A stretch of 64,000 nucleotides of DNA from Candidatus Latescibacterota bacterium (GTDB lineage Bacteria > Latescibacterota > UBA2968). The notes beneath the pieces are model-generated. The model worked only from the letters and a program-made list of their open reading frames with translations. It searched no databases and was not told the DNA's origin. Location: positions 3,808,001 to 3,872,000 of the forward strand of contig OZ242311.1 in the NCBI GenBank assembly GCA_965207885.1, written 5' to 3'. Positions within the stretch are counted from its first letter, which is position 1. Each line of letters begins with the position of its first letter. Below are positions 47,956 through 56,912 of the stretch, in pieces. Both the position numbers and the translations under genes were made by a program.

Positions 47956-48024
47956 GTCATATCCTCTGTCTAAGTTTATATCCGCGGTGTGGGCACTGTG
48001 CTCACACCGCGGTACTGTGCCTGC

Positions 48025-51000
48025 TTACCAGGTCAACCGCAGCCCTGCAAATACCAGGCGCGGGTTGGTCCTTGTATATCTGCTCAACTCACTGGCATCG
48101 CCGCCAAACTGCATGTACAACGGATTGGTAGGCTGTGATTCAAGCAATCCCCACCGCACGTAGTCTGGGCTCGTGGATGCCGAGCCTTTGAAATTGAACA
48201 AATTTTCGACCTCCACATAAAGCAACGGGCGGATGCCCCTGATGTTGAACCCCTTCTGGAAGCTGAAATCAACCGCCGAGATCGTGGGACCCTCTTTCTT
48301 CAGGTTCAAACTGGTTCTCGGATCCTGATAATCGAAGATTCGTCCCGTGAAGATACGGTAGATCATGTTCACCCGGACATCGCCAAACAGCTTGCTGCCC
48401 CAGAACATCTCACCGGGACCAAAATCGGGCGGGCTGGCGTAAATCAGTACCAGGCTCCCATTTGTCCGCGTGGCATCGCTGCGCCCGCCTTCTACACTCC
48501 AGCCCGTCGTCGAAAAGGCGTAAAGCCCTCGCAGTGCTGCCTGTTCCTCACTGGACAGCCCGCTCTGCTCCCACAAGGGATAAAATTTCCCATCGTTGGT
48601 CGCGTACATCGCGCCCACGCCGAACTCGCCAGCCAGACCTTTATCTACTACCTCCTGCGCCGCTGCCTTCAGTTCCTCCAGCTTGGCACCGGTCGGCGGA
48701 GCGGGGACCTCTGCCCCCGTATTCGGGTCAATCGTGTAACTGACCCAGTACCGGTTGGGATCGGCAATATAGGATGCGTCCGGATAGATGCTGGCACCCA
48801 TATTGCCCCGCTTGGTACCGCCAATGGTCAGGCGCTCACCCCAGCCGAGGTTGAGTGCGGCTTTAAACGAGAAGTTGTGCTTCAACCCCTTCTTCAATGC
48901 CAGTTCGATGCCGCGGGTCGTGGTGTGGCCCCTGGGACCCTGCGAACGGGTCTTGGCTTTGCCGCCAATCTGCGGATCGCGGAATACCGCACCATTCACA
49001 CTCAAAAATCCATTGGTAATGCGGTAATAGGCAGTGCCCTGGAAGGAATAATCGCTGATGAAATTCCACTCCGTGCCCAGCTCAAAAGCCGTAGAGACCT
49101 GCGAATGCTGCAAAGAGAAGAACTCGTCGATTACAAAGCCCGCGCCAAATGAGTCGTTGCGGACCAAGTTGTTATTGTACTCTTCAGCACTGATGTTTCC
49201 ATCGTTGTTGCGATCGATCGAGTGCGGTCCCGTCGCCCGCCAGTTTTGCTGGTATATCCGGCGGAAATCCGGACGGGTGTGGAATTTTCCGTAGAAGAAG
49301 TGAATCTTCGACTTGGCCGTAATCGGGTGCGAGATTCCCACCCGGGGCATAAACCAGTTCATCGGCTGCATATTGCCATACGTCACATGATTCCGGAAGC
49401 GCGTATAGTTGTAACCCATTGGCGCGCCCTGGTAGGGATAGAGGGGGACCTCACCGCCGCTATACCGCTCGTAGCGGAATCCCGCATTGATGATCAGCCC
49501 TTCAAACTCCATCTTGTCCTGTACATAAGCGTGGAGTTCGGTGGGTGTAATTCCCTCACCTGGTACATATCGCTTGCCCCAGTAAATCAGCCACCGATTC
49601 CGCTCATCCACATCTTCGAAGGTCTCGGTCTTCCAGTTGTTGTAGCGATAAAACGTAAAACCGCCCTTCAGGAAGTGCGTGCGGGTCACCTGGCTGGCCA
49701 GATCGAATCGCGCTGCCAGCTTATTCTGCTGTCCAACGCGAAGATCCCGTCTCTGACCGGAATCGGCGTAGTACCATCCGTCGTTGTCTAAGGAAGGGTT
49801 CACCGTCGTACTGGGTATATCAATGGTGTCCTGCTTGCTGGCAATATACGACAGCCGCACTTCGTAAAACGTCTTTGCCGATAGGGTGTGGATGCTGGAC
49901 ACATAGAACATGTTGTCCGTCACCTGCCACTCACCCCCATAGCGTCCGCGTTCTTCCAGAAAAATCGCCCTGGAATCGAAACTATCTGCATAGCGACCTT
50001 TGCGGCTGGAATACAGCCCACCCGCACGAAGCTTGATATCCGGTGTGGCGCTATAGGTCAATTTATAGCTCACATCCGCGTTAAACGGCTCGCGCTCAGT
50101 CGGCTGGGGCAGGTTCCGCGCCTGAAGATCGTGCTTTGTAGTGGCAAAGAACGACAGATCGCGGTTAATAGGTCCCGAAAGCGACGCCTCTAAAAAATGC
50201 CCTCGCACATCAGTATAATCGCTCGAAGGCCGCTGATGCACCTTCCGGCCATTGGCTGTTTCATTCTCCCATTCGGGATTGCCATATTGCAATCGGCCCT
50301 GATGCACGAAGCTCTCGTAGGCATTGTTGCCCCAGTGCTTCTGTTGCGCTGGCGAATATCGATAGTGAAACTGCCCGTGGTAATCCCGACCGCCATCTTT
50401 GGTGACAATCTGGATAGAGCCGGTGTTGCCGTATTCGGCATTCAAACCACCAGCCAGCACCGTGATTTCTGAAATCGCCGATGTATTGACGTCGCCGGTC
50501 CAGTTCTGCGTACCTCCACGAGTACCCGTCCCGCGCCGACCATCCGAGTGCGTCAGGCGCACACCATCTACCACATACGCAGCCACTTCGCCGCCATCAC
50601 CACCCAAAAAGGCATTGCGGATCCGATTTGTGCCATCGGTATTGACACCTGCCTCCAGCTCGATAAAGTCATTCAAGTCGCGGATAATGGGCAGCACCGC
50701 AATATCCTCGGCTGTCACCACATAACGGCTCTCCGTCACATCTGCCTCTACCGGAGGCCGCTCTGCAATCACTGTCAACTCACCCAGTTCCAGAGCCGCT
50801 TCATTGAGGGAGAAATCAACTGTCGTCGTCAGATCCGATGCAACCCGCACATCGGACTTGGTCGCACCCGTGTACCCGACCATCGACGCCTTCACCGTGT
50901 AGCTCCCCGGATCAACGGAAAGAATAAAATAATACCCCTCTCCATCGGTTGTTGCCCCACGGGTCGTCCCCTCCACCAGCACGTTGGCACCCGGCAGAGC

Positions 51001-51120
51001 CTCTCCAGCCTTATCCACGATACGACCGGTAATTTTTCCCGTTGTCGCCGCCTCGGCCAAGCTGACAAAACCGAGGGCAAAAATCGCAACGAGAACAAAA
51101 CCCAGACATTTTCTGTACAT
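48025..51120 (-). CDS. TonB-dependent receptor with N-terminal carboxypeptidase-regulatory-like domain
   Basis: GKITGRIVD..GE.LPGANV, plug motif AGGLNAEYG, YVQDKMEFEGLIINAGFRY, PRVGISHPIT and terminal RLTW. Confidence 0.9.
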   Translation of the reverse strand: MYRKCLGFVLVAIFALGFVSLAEAATTGKITGRIVDKAGEALPGANVLVEGTTRGATTDGEGYYFILSVDPGSYTVKASMVGYTGATKSDVRVASDLTTTVDFSLNEAALELGELTVIAERPPVEADVTESRYVVTAEDIAVLPIIRDLNDFIELEAGVNTDGTNRIRNAFLGGDGGEVAAYVVDGVRLTHSDGRRGTGTRGGTQNWTGDVNTSAISEITVLAGGLNAEYGNTGSIQIVTKDGGRDYHGQFHYRYSPAQQKHWGNNAYESFVHQGRLQYGNPEWENETANGRKVHQRPSSDYTDVRGHFLEASLSGPINRDLSFFATTKHDLQARNLPQPTEREPFNADVSYKLTYSATPDIKLRAGGLYSSRKGRYADSFDSRAIFLEERGRYGGEWQVTDNMFYVSSIHTLSAKTFYEVRLSYIASKQDTIDIPSTTVNPSLDNDGWYYADSGQRRDLRVGQQNKLAARFDLASQVTRTHFLKGGFTFYRYNNWKTETFEDVDERNRWLIYWGKRYVPGEGITPTELHAYVQDKMEFEGLIINAGFRYERYSGGEVPLYPYQGAPMGYNYTRFRNHVTYGNMQPMNWFMPRVGISHPITAKSKIHFFYGKFHTRPDFRRIYQQNWRATGPHSIDRNNDGNISAEEYNNNLVRNDSFGAGFVIDEFFSLQHSQVSTAFELGTEWNFISDYSFQGTAYYRITNGFLSVNGAVFRDPQIGGKAKTRSQGPRGHTTTRGIELALKKGLKHNFSFKAALNLGWGERLTIGGTKRGNMGASIYPDASYIADPNRYWVSYTIDPNTGAEVPAPPTGAKLEELKAAAQEVVDKGLAGEFGVGAMYATNDGKFYPLWEQSGLSSEEQAALRGLYAFSTTGWSVEGGRSDATRTNGSLVLIYASPPDFGPGEMFWGSKLFGDVRVNMIYRIFTGRIFDYQDPRTSLNLKKEGPTISAVDFSFQKGFNIRGIRPLLYVEVENLFNFKGSASTSPDYVRWGLLESQPTNPLYMQFGGDASELSRYTRTNPRLVFAGLRLTW

Positions 51121-51142
51121 CGAAAAGCCTCCTTAGTAAAGA

Positions 51143-51841
51143 TTACCAATAGTACTTAATTCCACCCGACAGATCTATCGCCTGCATGGGGAAGACTTTT
51201 TCCAGCCCCCAGTCCTCCAGGGGACGGAGTTCGCCCATAATCACATTATACCGCAAGCGAAGATCGATCACAAATTGTTCGGACCCCGCGATGCTAATCC
51301 CACCGCCAAATGAGAACGTCAGTGCCGCCACCTTGTCGTTGAAGTCGGGATTCATAATGCTGGTATCCAGAGATGTTCCCGATTGCCCGGGAAAAATCAA
51401 TCCCGACACCTCGTTCGAGAATCCGAAAAACCCGACGCCGCCCATTATATAAGGCGATGTGCCTTCGCCCAACTCGTTGAAATGGAGCAGACCGCTGGCG
51501 GTCAGGCTATTGAACGTCACGCCTTGATCGACATTTGGGCTGCGGTAGTTCTGGCTATCAATCGGCCAGGTGAACTCGCGCGTATCCAGATCGCCGCCCA
51601 GCATCGAAGAATAGTGATACTCAATCTCGGCGACAATCCTCGACGAAGCTACATAGTTATAGCTAATCCCCAACTTGGGAGACGCAGAGTACCACTCGCC
51701 AAATTTGAACAACGGTACATTTGCACTCCCGAAAAACCCGATCCCCGACTGGCCTTCTTCTAAAGCTTCAGCCGTGGAAACCGAAATTAGAACCGCCCCA
51801 GCGAGGCATAGTGTTCTAAACATCTCTCTCAACATCCGCAT
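51143..51841 (-). CDS. Outer-membrane beta-barrel protein
   Basis: Signal peptide, SPYIMGGVG, FSFGGGI, IDLRLRYN and terminal GIKYYW. ATG 51841 has AAGGAGG. Confidence 0.75.
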   Translation of the reverse strand: MRMLREMFRTLCLAGAVLISVSTAEALEEGQSGIGFFGSANVPLFKFGEWYSASPKLGISYNYVASSRIVAEIEYHYSSMLGGDLDTREFTWPIDSQNYRSPNVDQGVTFNSLTASGLLHFNELGEGTSPYIMGGVGFFGFSNEVSGLIFPGQSGTSLDTSIMNPDFNDKVAALTFSFGGGISIAGSEQFVIDLRLRYNVIMGELRPLEDWGLEKVFPMQAIDLSGGIKYYW

Positions 51842-52135
51842 AAGCTGGCCCTCCTTTGAGATGGAAAAAAACACAAACACAACACGGTATCGCACTCAAT
51901 TCAAATACCCCTCCTTTCTCCGGCTCAAATTTATTTATAGAACTTATTTTTGCGTCGCGGAAATTTACCTAATCTAATAGCCAGTTAAATACCTATTTCT
52001 AACTTTCAGGCCTGATTACAAAAAAAACCATCTATACCATTGCCTTCCCGCTGGTTTTTAGACGGTTTTAACTCCAAACTGATGAATGAAGATAAACTAT
52101 TGACTATTATTTACTTATGTAAGATTTCTGACACA

Positions 52136-52193
52136 GACACACATTTGCACTTATATCACAAATAATATGTATTAAAATTTCTCCCAATGTCAA
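52136..52193 (-). promoter_or_regulatory. Putative promoter (-35 TTGACA) and operator-like site for the OMP-TBDR operon
   Basis: TTGACA at 52193-52188 in AT-rich DNA. TGCAAATGTGTGTC (52149-52136) resembles the palindrome at 56824-56837. The -10 element is ambiguous. Confidence 0.45.
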
Positions 52194-52205
52194 GTGTTTT
52201 TTCGA

Positions 52206-53233
52206 TCATCTTTTATCTTTTTTCGCCCCGCAGGATTCCCGCACGACCAGATGCGATTTCAAAGTTATTTGCCGAGGCGTATTCCGACCCTCGAGTTGCT
52301 CCAGCATCAGATCCATTGCCGCCCGAGCAACCGCCTCGTAAGGCGTTACCAGTGTGGTCAGTGAAGGCGTCACATAAGCCGCCACGTCAATATCCCCACT
52401 ACCCACCACCGCTACGTCTTCGGGTATGCGAATACCCGATTCCTGTAGCCCTTTACAAACGCCTATCGCCATATAATCGTCCCGGCATATAAGAGCCGTG
52501 AACCGACCGCCGAGTTCTTTGCCCTGGCGATATCCCGATTCTGCAAAAATATCGCTAACAGGTATGCGTTTGGGCGTCAGGCCGTGCTGTTGCATCGCCA
52601 GCAAATATCCTTTACCCTTAGCCGAAACCGGGCTGGACTCACTCCAATCCTCTCCGATAAACCCGATCTGCTCGTGCCCCAACTTGATCAAATGCTCTGT
52701 GGCCTCGAAATAATCCGCCACATAGTCCAGTATGACTCCGCTCAGGTTTTCAGCTGGATAGTGCAATGTCACCACTGGCACCCGTCCCTTTACAGCATCC
52801 AAAATACGGTCTGACTCTCCTTCGTCCCCTCGCGTATGAATTAAAAGTCCATCTATGCCCCAGGAAACCAACTGCTTGATCTGCGCAGTCTCGTCATCTC
52901 TTGAAATCTGAGAGACCCGGTTAGAAGCCACTCCCATCATGATCTGATAATCATGCTCGACAGCAGTCCCCAGTATCTGATCAATCTGGTTTCCAAATGT
53001 CTCCTGGAAAATCTGATAGGTCAGCAGGCCCAGTGTACCCGTCTTCCCCATCACAATCCCCCGCGCCATCAAATTGGGGCTGTAATCCATCTCGGCGGCT
53101 GTTTGTCGCACCAGTTCTCGGGTACTCTCCTTCACCAATACCGAAGCGTGTGGAGACAGCGCACGTGAGACTGTTGAATAAGAAATTCCCAACTTCCTCG
53201 CAATATCTTTAATCGTAGCTTGTTTTTTTTCAT
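52206..53233 (-). CDS. LacI family transcriptional regulator, paralog 1; frameshifted in an A8 tract after the ATG (pseudogene, phase-variable, or sequence error)
   Basis: ATG 53233 plus A8 is out of frame with QATIKDIARKLGISYSTVSRAL; A9 would restore it. The rest is an intact LacI body (RIPEDVAVVG..D, PSLTT, LVVRES). Confidence 0.85.
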
Positions 53234-53312
53234 TGACTTATCTCTCACCAATTAAGCGACATAAATGAGGGCGCATAACTCACGAGCAGACCGTTTTGAT
53301 TTGGCTCAGACT

Positions 53313-53355
53313 AAAAAAAGGGCGATATATCGTCCCGAGACAATATATCGCCCCT
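53313..53355 (-). terminator. Terminator-like hairpin upstream of LacI paralog 1
   Basis: Minus strand reads GGGCGATATATTGTC-TCGG-GACGATATATCGCCC-TTTTTTT. Confidence 0.65.
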
Positions 53356-53406
53356 AATAAAAAATAACAAGTCCTATTTTTCTCATCTCAAATCGCCCTG
53401 CTGCGC

Positions 53407-53435
53407 TTGACAACGCCTCTCAACCCCCTTAACTT
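53407..53435 (+). promoter_or_regulatory. Putative sigma70 promoter for the FGE/MauG pair
   Basis: TTGACA-17 nt-TAACTT. Confidence 0.55.
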
Positions 53436-53473
53436 TCGACATCTACTCCACTGTATTCTTTACGGATATTCCC

Positions 53474-54574
53474 ATGCCTACCCGTCTTTATTTCACCTTT
53501 ATCTTCCTGCTGGGATTTGTTGCCTATGCCAATGCGCAGGGCGATCCCGCCGAGATCCCCGCACGCTACGATCTAGCCCGCATGTCGCTGGAAGACGGCG
53601 AGGTCTATTATGCCGAGCAGCAATTCCTCAAAATCCTCAAAATTGACCCCAAACACGCGCCCACACATTTAATTTTGGGCCGCCTCTATCACCATCAAAA
53701 ACACAACGCCAATGCTTATCGCCACTTCAAAACCTATCTCGATCTCTCGCCTGAAGCACCCGACAAAGCCACAGTTCGCACCTTGCTCAATACCCTCGCC
53801 GAAAGCCTGAAGGCATCCGGCAAGGGGTGGGTCGTCATCGACCCGTCAACGCCCTGGCGGCCATCTGTCCCACCCCAACCCGATGAACTCGGTTTTATAT
53901 CCATCCAGGGCGGCACCTTCCTTATGGGTGGCACTTTTGAAAACGAAAAACCCATCCGCCTGGTCACAGTGTCCGATTTCGAACTCTTAGACCACGAAGT
54001 CACCAACACCGAATACTTTGCCTTCACAAAAGCCACAGGCCAACCCTCGCCCGAACACTGGCGAGAAGACTGGTTCTGGATGTCTGAGTTCGGCACCCAT
54101 CCCGTTGTCAACATCACCTATTACGACGCCGAAGCTTATTGCCACTATCTGGACGCGCGCTTGCCCACCGAAGCAGAGTGGGAATACGCATGCCGCGCAG
54201 GTCGCACCCAGGCCAAATATCCCTGGGGCGACGACCCGCCCGACGAACAAAAAGCCAATTACGGACGCATCTTCAAAACGCCTTACCCCACACGAGCCGT
54301 CAAATCCCACCTCCCCAATGCCTATGGTCTCTACGACATGGCGGGAAATGTGTGGGAGTGGTGTGCCGATTGGTACGATCCAAACTATTACAAAAACGCC
54401 CCTACTGATAACCCCAAAGGGCCGGACAAGGGCTTTGATTATCAACACACGCGCAGGGGTGGGCAATGGCAGTCCTCCCCTCATTCTCTGCGTTGTGCCC
54501 GCCGCTATGGTGGCGAACCCTCGGCTCAGGACAACGGCAGCATGGCCTACTTTGGCTTTCGCTGCGCCCGGTAG
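53474..54574 (+). CDS. Formylglycine-generating enzyme (SUMF1/FGE-sulfatase) domain protein with N-terminal TPR
   Basis: GGTFLMG, EVTN.EY..F, HPVVNI...DA.AYC, RLPTEAEWEYACR, N.YGLYDMAGNVWEW and GFRC. Confidence 0.9.
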   Translation: MPTRLYFTFIFLLGFVAYANAQGDPAEIPARYDLARMSLEDGEVYYAEQQFLKILKIDPKHAPTHLILGRLYHHQKHNANAYRHFKTYLDLSPEAPDKATVRTLLNTLAESLKASGKGWVVIDPSTPWRPSVPPQPDELGFISIQGGTFLMGGTFENEKPIRLVTVSDFELLDHEVTNTEYFAFTKATGQPSPEHWREDWFWMSEFGTHPVVNITYYDAEAYCHYLDARLPTEAEWEYACRAGRTQAKYPWGDDPPDEQKANYGRIFKTPYPTRAVKSHLPNAYGLYDMAGNVWEWCADWYDPNYYKNAPTDNPKGPDKGFDYQHTRRGGQWQSSPHSLRCARRYGGEPSAQDNGSMAYFGFRCAR

Positions 54575-54587
54575 AAGAGAGACCGCC

Positions 54588-55661
54588 ATGCCAATGCCAA
54601 TCCGCCTCACATTTCTCTGCGCCCTCCTGGTCGCCCTTCCGATAGCTGTATATAGTGGCGACATCCCCCGCGTGCCATTGGGCCATGACGAAATCCGCTA
54701 TCTCAACAGCATTCCCAAAAACAATCCCCTCACCCAAACTAAAATAGCCCTGGGCAAACTCCTCTTTTTTGACAAGCGGCTCTCCAGAGACGGCAGCATA
54801 GCCTGTGGCTCTTGCCACCAGCCCCACCGCGCCTTTACCGATGGCCGCGTCTTGCCCACCGGTATCGACGGTCAGACTCCCAGGCGCAATGTGCCCACCC
54901 TGATCAACCGGGCCTACGGCACGATTCATTTCTACGATGGCAGGGCTGCTTCCCTCGAAGAACAGGCCCTTATCCCCATCCAGAGTCCCACAGAAATGGG
55001 CAACACCCTTGAGCATGTCGTCGCCACTTTATCGGTTATCTCTGGTTACCGCACCCACTTCAAAGCCGCATTTGGGGACAGCACCATCACACCCGACCGC
55101 ATCGCCAAAGCCTTAGCCGCTTTCGAACGCACGCTGATCTCCGGCGAATCGCCCTACGATTTGTTCGAATACGGCGGTCCCAAAGGCTCCATGTCCGCAT
55201 CCGCTATCCGGGGCCTGCGCCTCTTTCGCACCAAAGCGCGATGCACACTCTGCCACATGGGATTCAACTATACCGACGAAGACTTCCACAACATCGGTAC
55301 GGGTTGGGATCGCGCCGATCTTTCCGCTTACGAAAAAACCGGCAACTTAAAAGACATTAAAGGCATAGACCCCGGGCACTATACACAAACCAAAAAACCA
55401 GAACACTTTGGCGCAATGAAAACACCCACCCTGCGCGAAATTGCACGCACAGCCCCTTATATGCACGACGGCAGCTTCAAAACCCTGCAAGAAATCATCG
55501 AATTTTACGACAAAGGCGGTACACCCAATCCCTTCCTCGACGAATTGATCACTCCCCTTAACCTCACCGATGCCGAAAAACAGGATCTAATCGCCTTTCT
55601 CAAAGCACTCAACGGCATCAACTGGCTCCATATTGAGCCGCCATTTCGATTTCCCAAATAA
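54588..55661 (+). CDS. Di-heme cytochrome c peroxidase / MauG family protein
   Basis: LGKLLFFDKRLS, CGSCH, FYDGRA.SLEEQA, CTLCH and KTPTLRE...TAPYMHDG. True start is ATG 54588. Confidence 0.9.
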   Translation: MPMPIRLTFLCALLVALPIAVYSGDIPRVPLGHDEIRYLNSIPKNNPLTQTKIALGKLLFFDKRLSRDGSIACGSCHQPHRAFTDGRVLPTGIDGQTPRRNVPTLINRAYGTIHFYDGRAASLEEQALIPIQSPTEMGNTLEHVVATLSVISGYRTHFKAAFGDSTITPDRIAKALAAFERTLISGESPYDLFEYGGPKGSMSASAIRGLRLFRTKARCTLCHMGFNYTDEDFHNIGTGWDRADLSAYEKTGNLKDIKGIDPGHYTQTKKPEHFGAMKTPTLREIARTAPYMHDGSFKTLQEIIEFYDKGGTPNPFLDELITPLNLTDAEKQDLIAFLKALNGINWLHIEPPFRFPK

Positions 55662-55665
55662 ATGT

Positions 55666-55701
55666 AAAAAGGCGACCGAACTTTTATTCAGTCGCCTTTT
55701 T
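55666..55701. terminator. Bidirectional terminator
   Basis: AAAAAGGCGACCGAA / TTCAGTCGCCTTTTT between convergent genes. Confidence 0.75.
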
Positions 55702-55733
55702 GCCTGACTCAATACTGAGGTTCAATATTTCTA

Positions 55734-56579
55734 TCATTTTTCGCTTTGGTTAGCGCCACACGATTCCCGCACAACCAAACGCGATTTTAAAATTACTTGC
55801 CGAGGTTCAGCCTGCGCCTCGAGTTGTTCCAGCATCAGATCCATAACAGCCCGGGCAATCGCCTCGTACGGGGTTGCCAACGTCGTCAGCGCCGGCGTCA
55901 GATAAGCCGCAACTTCTATATCTCCATTACCCACCACAGCCACATCATCGGGTATGCGAATACCCGATTCCCACAGCCCTCGACAAACACCTATGGCCGT
56001 ATAATCGTCCCGGCATACAAGAGCCGTAAACTGGTCGCCGAGCTCTTTGCTCTCGCGATATCCTCCTTCTGTCTGGATATTCCTGGAGGACAAGAACTGG
56101 TGCGTCAGACCGTAATTTCGCATTGCCAGCAAATATCCCTTGGCCTTGGCCGAAATCAGGCTGGTCTCATTCCCGTCCGGCCCAATAAATCCGATCCGCT
56201 CGTGACCCAACTCGATCAAATGCTCTGTAGCCCCATAAAAGTCCGATACAAAGTCCAACACGATCCCGCTCAGGTTTGGAGTCGGATAGAAAAATGTCAC
56301 CACGGGCACTCGTCCCCTCACGGCATTCAAAATGCGCACTGACTCCTCTTCGTCGCCCCACGTATGAATTAAAAGTCCGTCTACGCCTCGGGCAATCAAC
56401 TGTTGGATCTGCAGGATCTGATCTTCCAGTGAGTTCAGAGAAATCCGATTAGAGGCCACTTTCAGCAGTAACTGATAATTCTGCTTATTAGCTTCCCTCA
56501 GGAGGTGATCGATCATAATCCCAAACGTCTTCAGGGAAATCTGGTAGGTCAGCACCCCCAGTGTACCCATCTTCTCCAT
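55734..56579 (-). CDS. LacI family ligand-binding domain protein lacking the HTH (paralog 2, truncated or pseudogene)
   Basis: Colinear with the other two LacIs from GTLG.LTYQI onward. Degraded MDYSPNL coding remnant upstream at about 56600-56630. Confidence 0.8.
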   Translation of the reverse strand: MEKMGTLGVLTYQISLKTFGIMIDHLLREANKQNYQLLLKVASNRISLNSLEDQILQIQQLIARGVDGLLIHTWGDEEESVRILNAVRGRVPVVTFFYPTPNLSGIVLDFVSDFYGATEHLIELGHERIGFIGPDGNETSLISAKAKGYLLAMRNYGLTHQFLSSRNIQTEGGYRESKELGDQFTALVCRDDYTAIGVCRGLWESGIRIPDDVAVVGNGDIEVAAYLTPALTTLATPYEAIARAVMDLMLEQLEAQAEPRQVILKSRLVVRESCGANQSEK

Positions 56580-56599
56580 TACAATCTCCTACAATCTCC
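56580..56599. repeat. 10-bp tandem duplication immediately 5' of the LacI paralog 2 ATG
   Basis: TACAATCTCC twice (minus strand GGAGATTGTA twice). Confidence 0.8.
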
Positions 56600-56823
56600 C
56601 CGCCGTCAAATTGGGCTATAGTCCATCGCGAACGATTTTTGTAGCGATTCCAGTACAGTTTTTTTACTCCACTGTTCTATCCTTCTAAATATAATATGCT
56701 ACTTGCGCGATACTTCCCCCTGAATTATATTTTATCAGCACAATGTAATTTATGTTGTGCATTTAGGTCGAACGGGGTTTGTCTGGCAGGACCTGCCCCC
56801 GTTCGACTTTTTATACCTATTTT

Positions 56824-56900
56824 TGCACACGCTTGCATACAACTTTCTAAAAATATATCAAATATATTACAATTATTCCTAAGATTAAGTCTATTGTCAA
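56824..56900 (-). promoter_or_regulatory. Putative promoter and LacI-type operator downstream of LacI paralog 3
   Basis: TTGACA-17 nt-AATAAT (56900-56872), plus CG-centred palindrome TGCAAGCGTGTGCA (56837-56824). Confidence 0.55.
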
Positions 56901-56912
56901 GTATTTTTTCTG

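Noticed and set aside
54018-54587. N-terminal 190 aa of the 547-aa ORF, suggesting an FGE-peroxidase overlap or fusion
   Set aside because: Alternate frame inside the FGE gene. The peroxidase signal peptide starts at ATG 54588.
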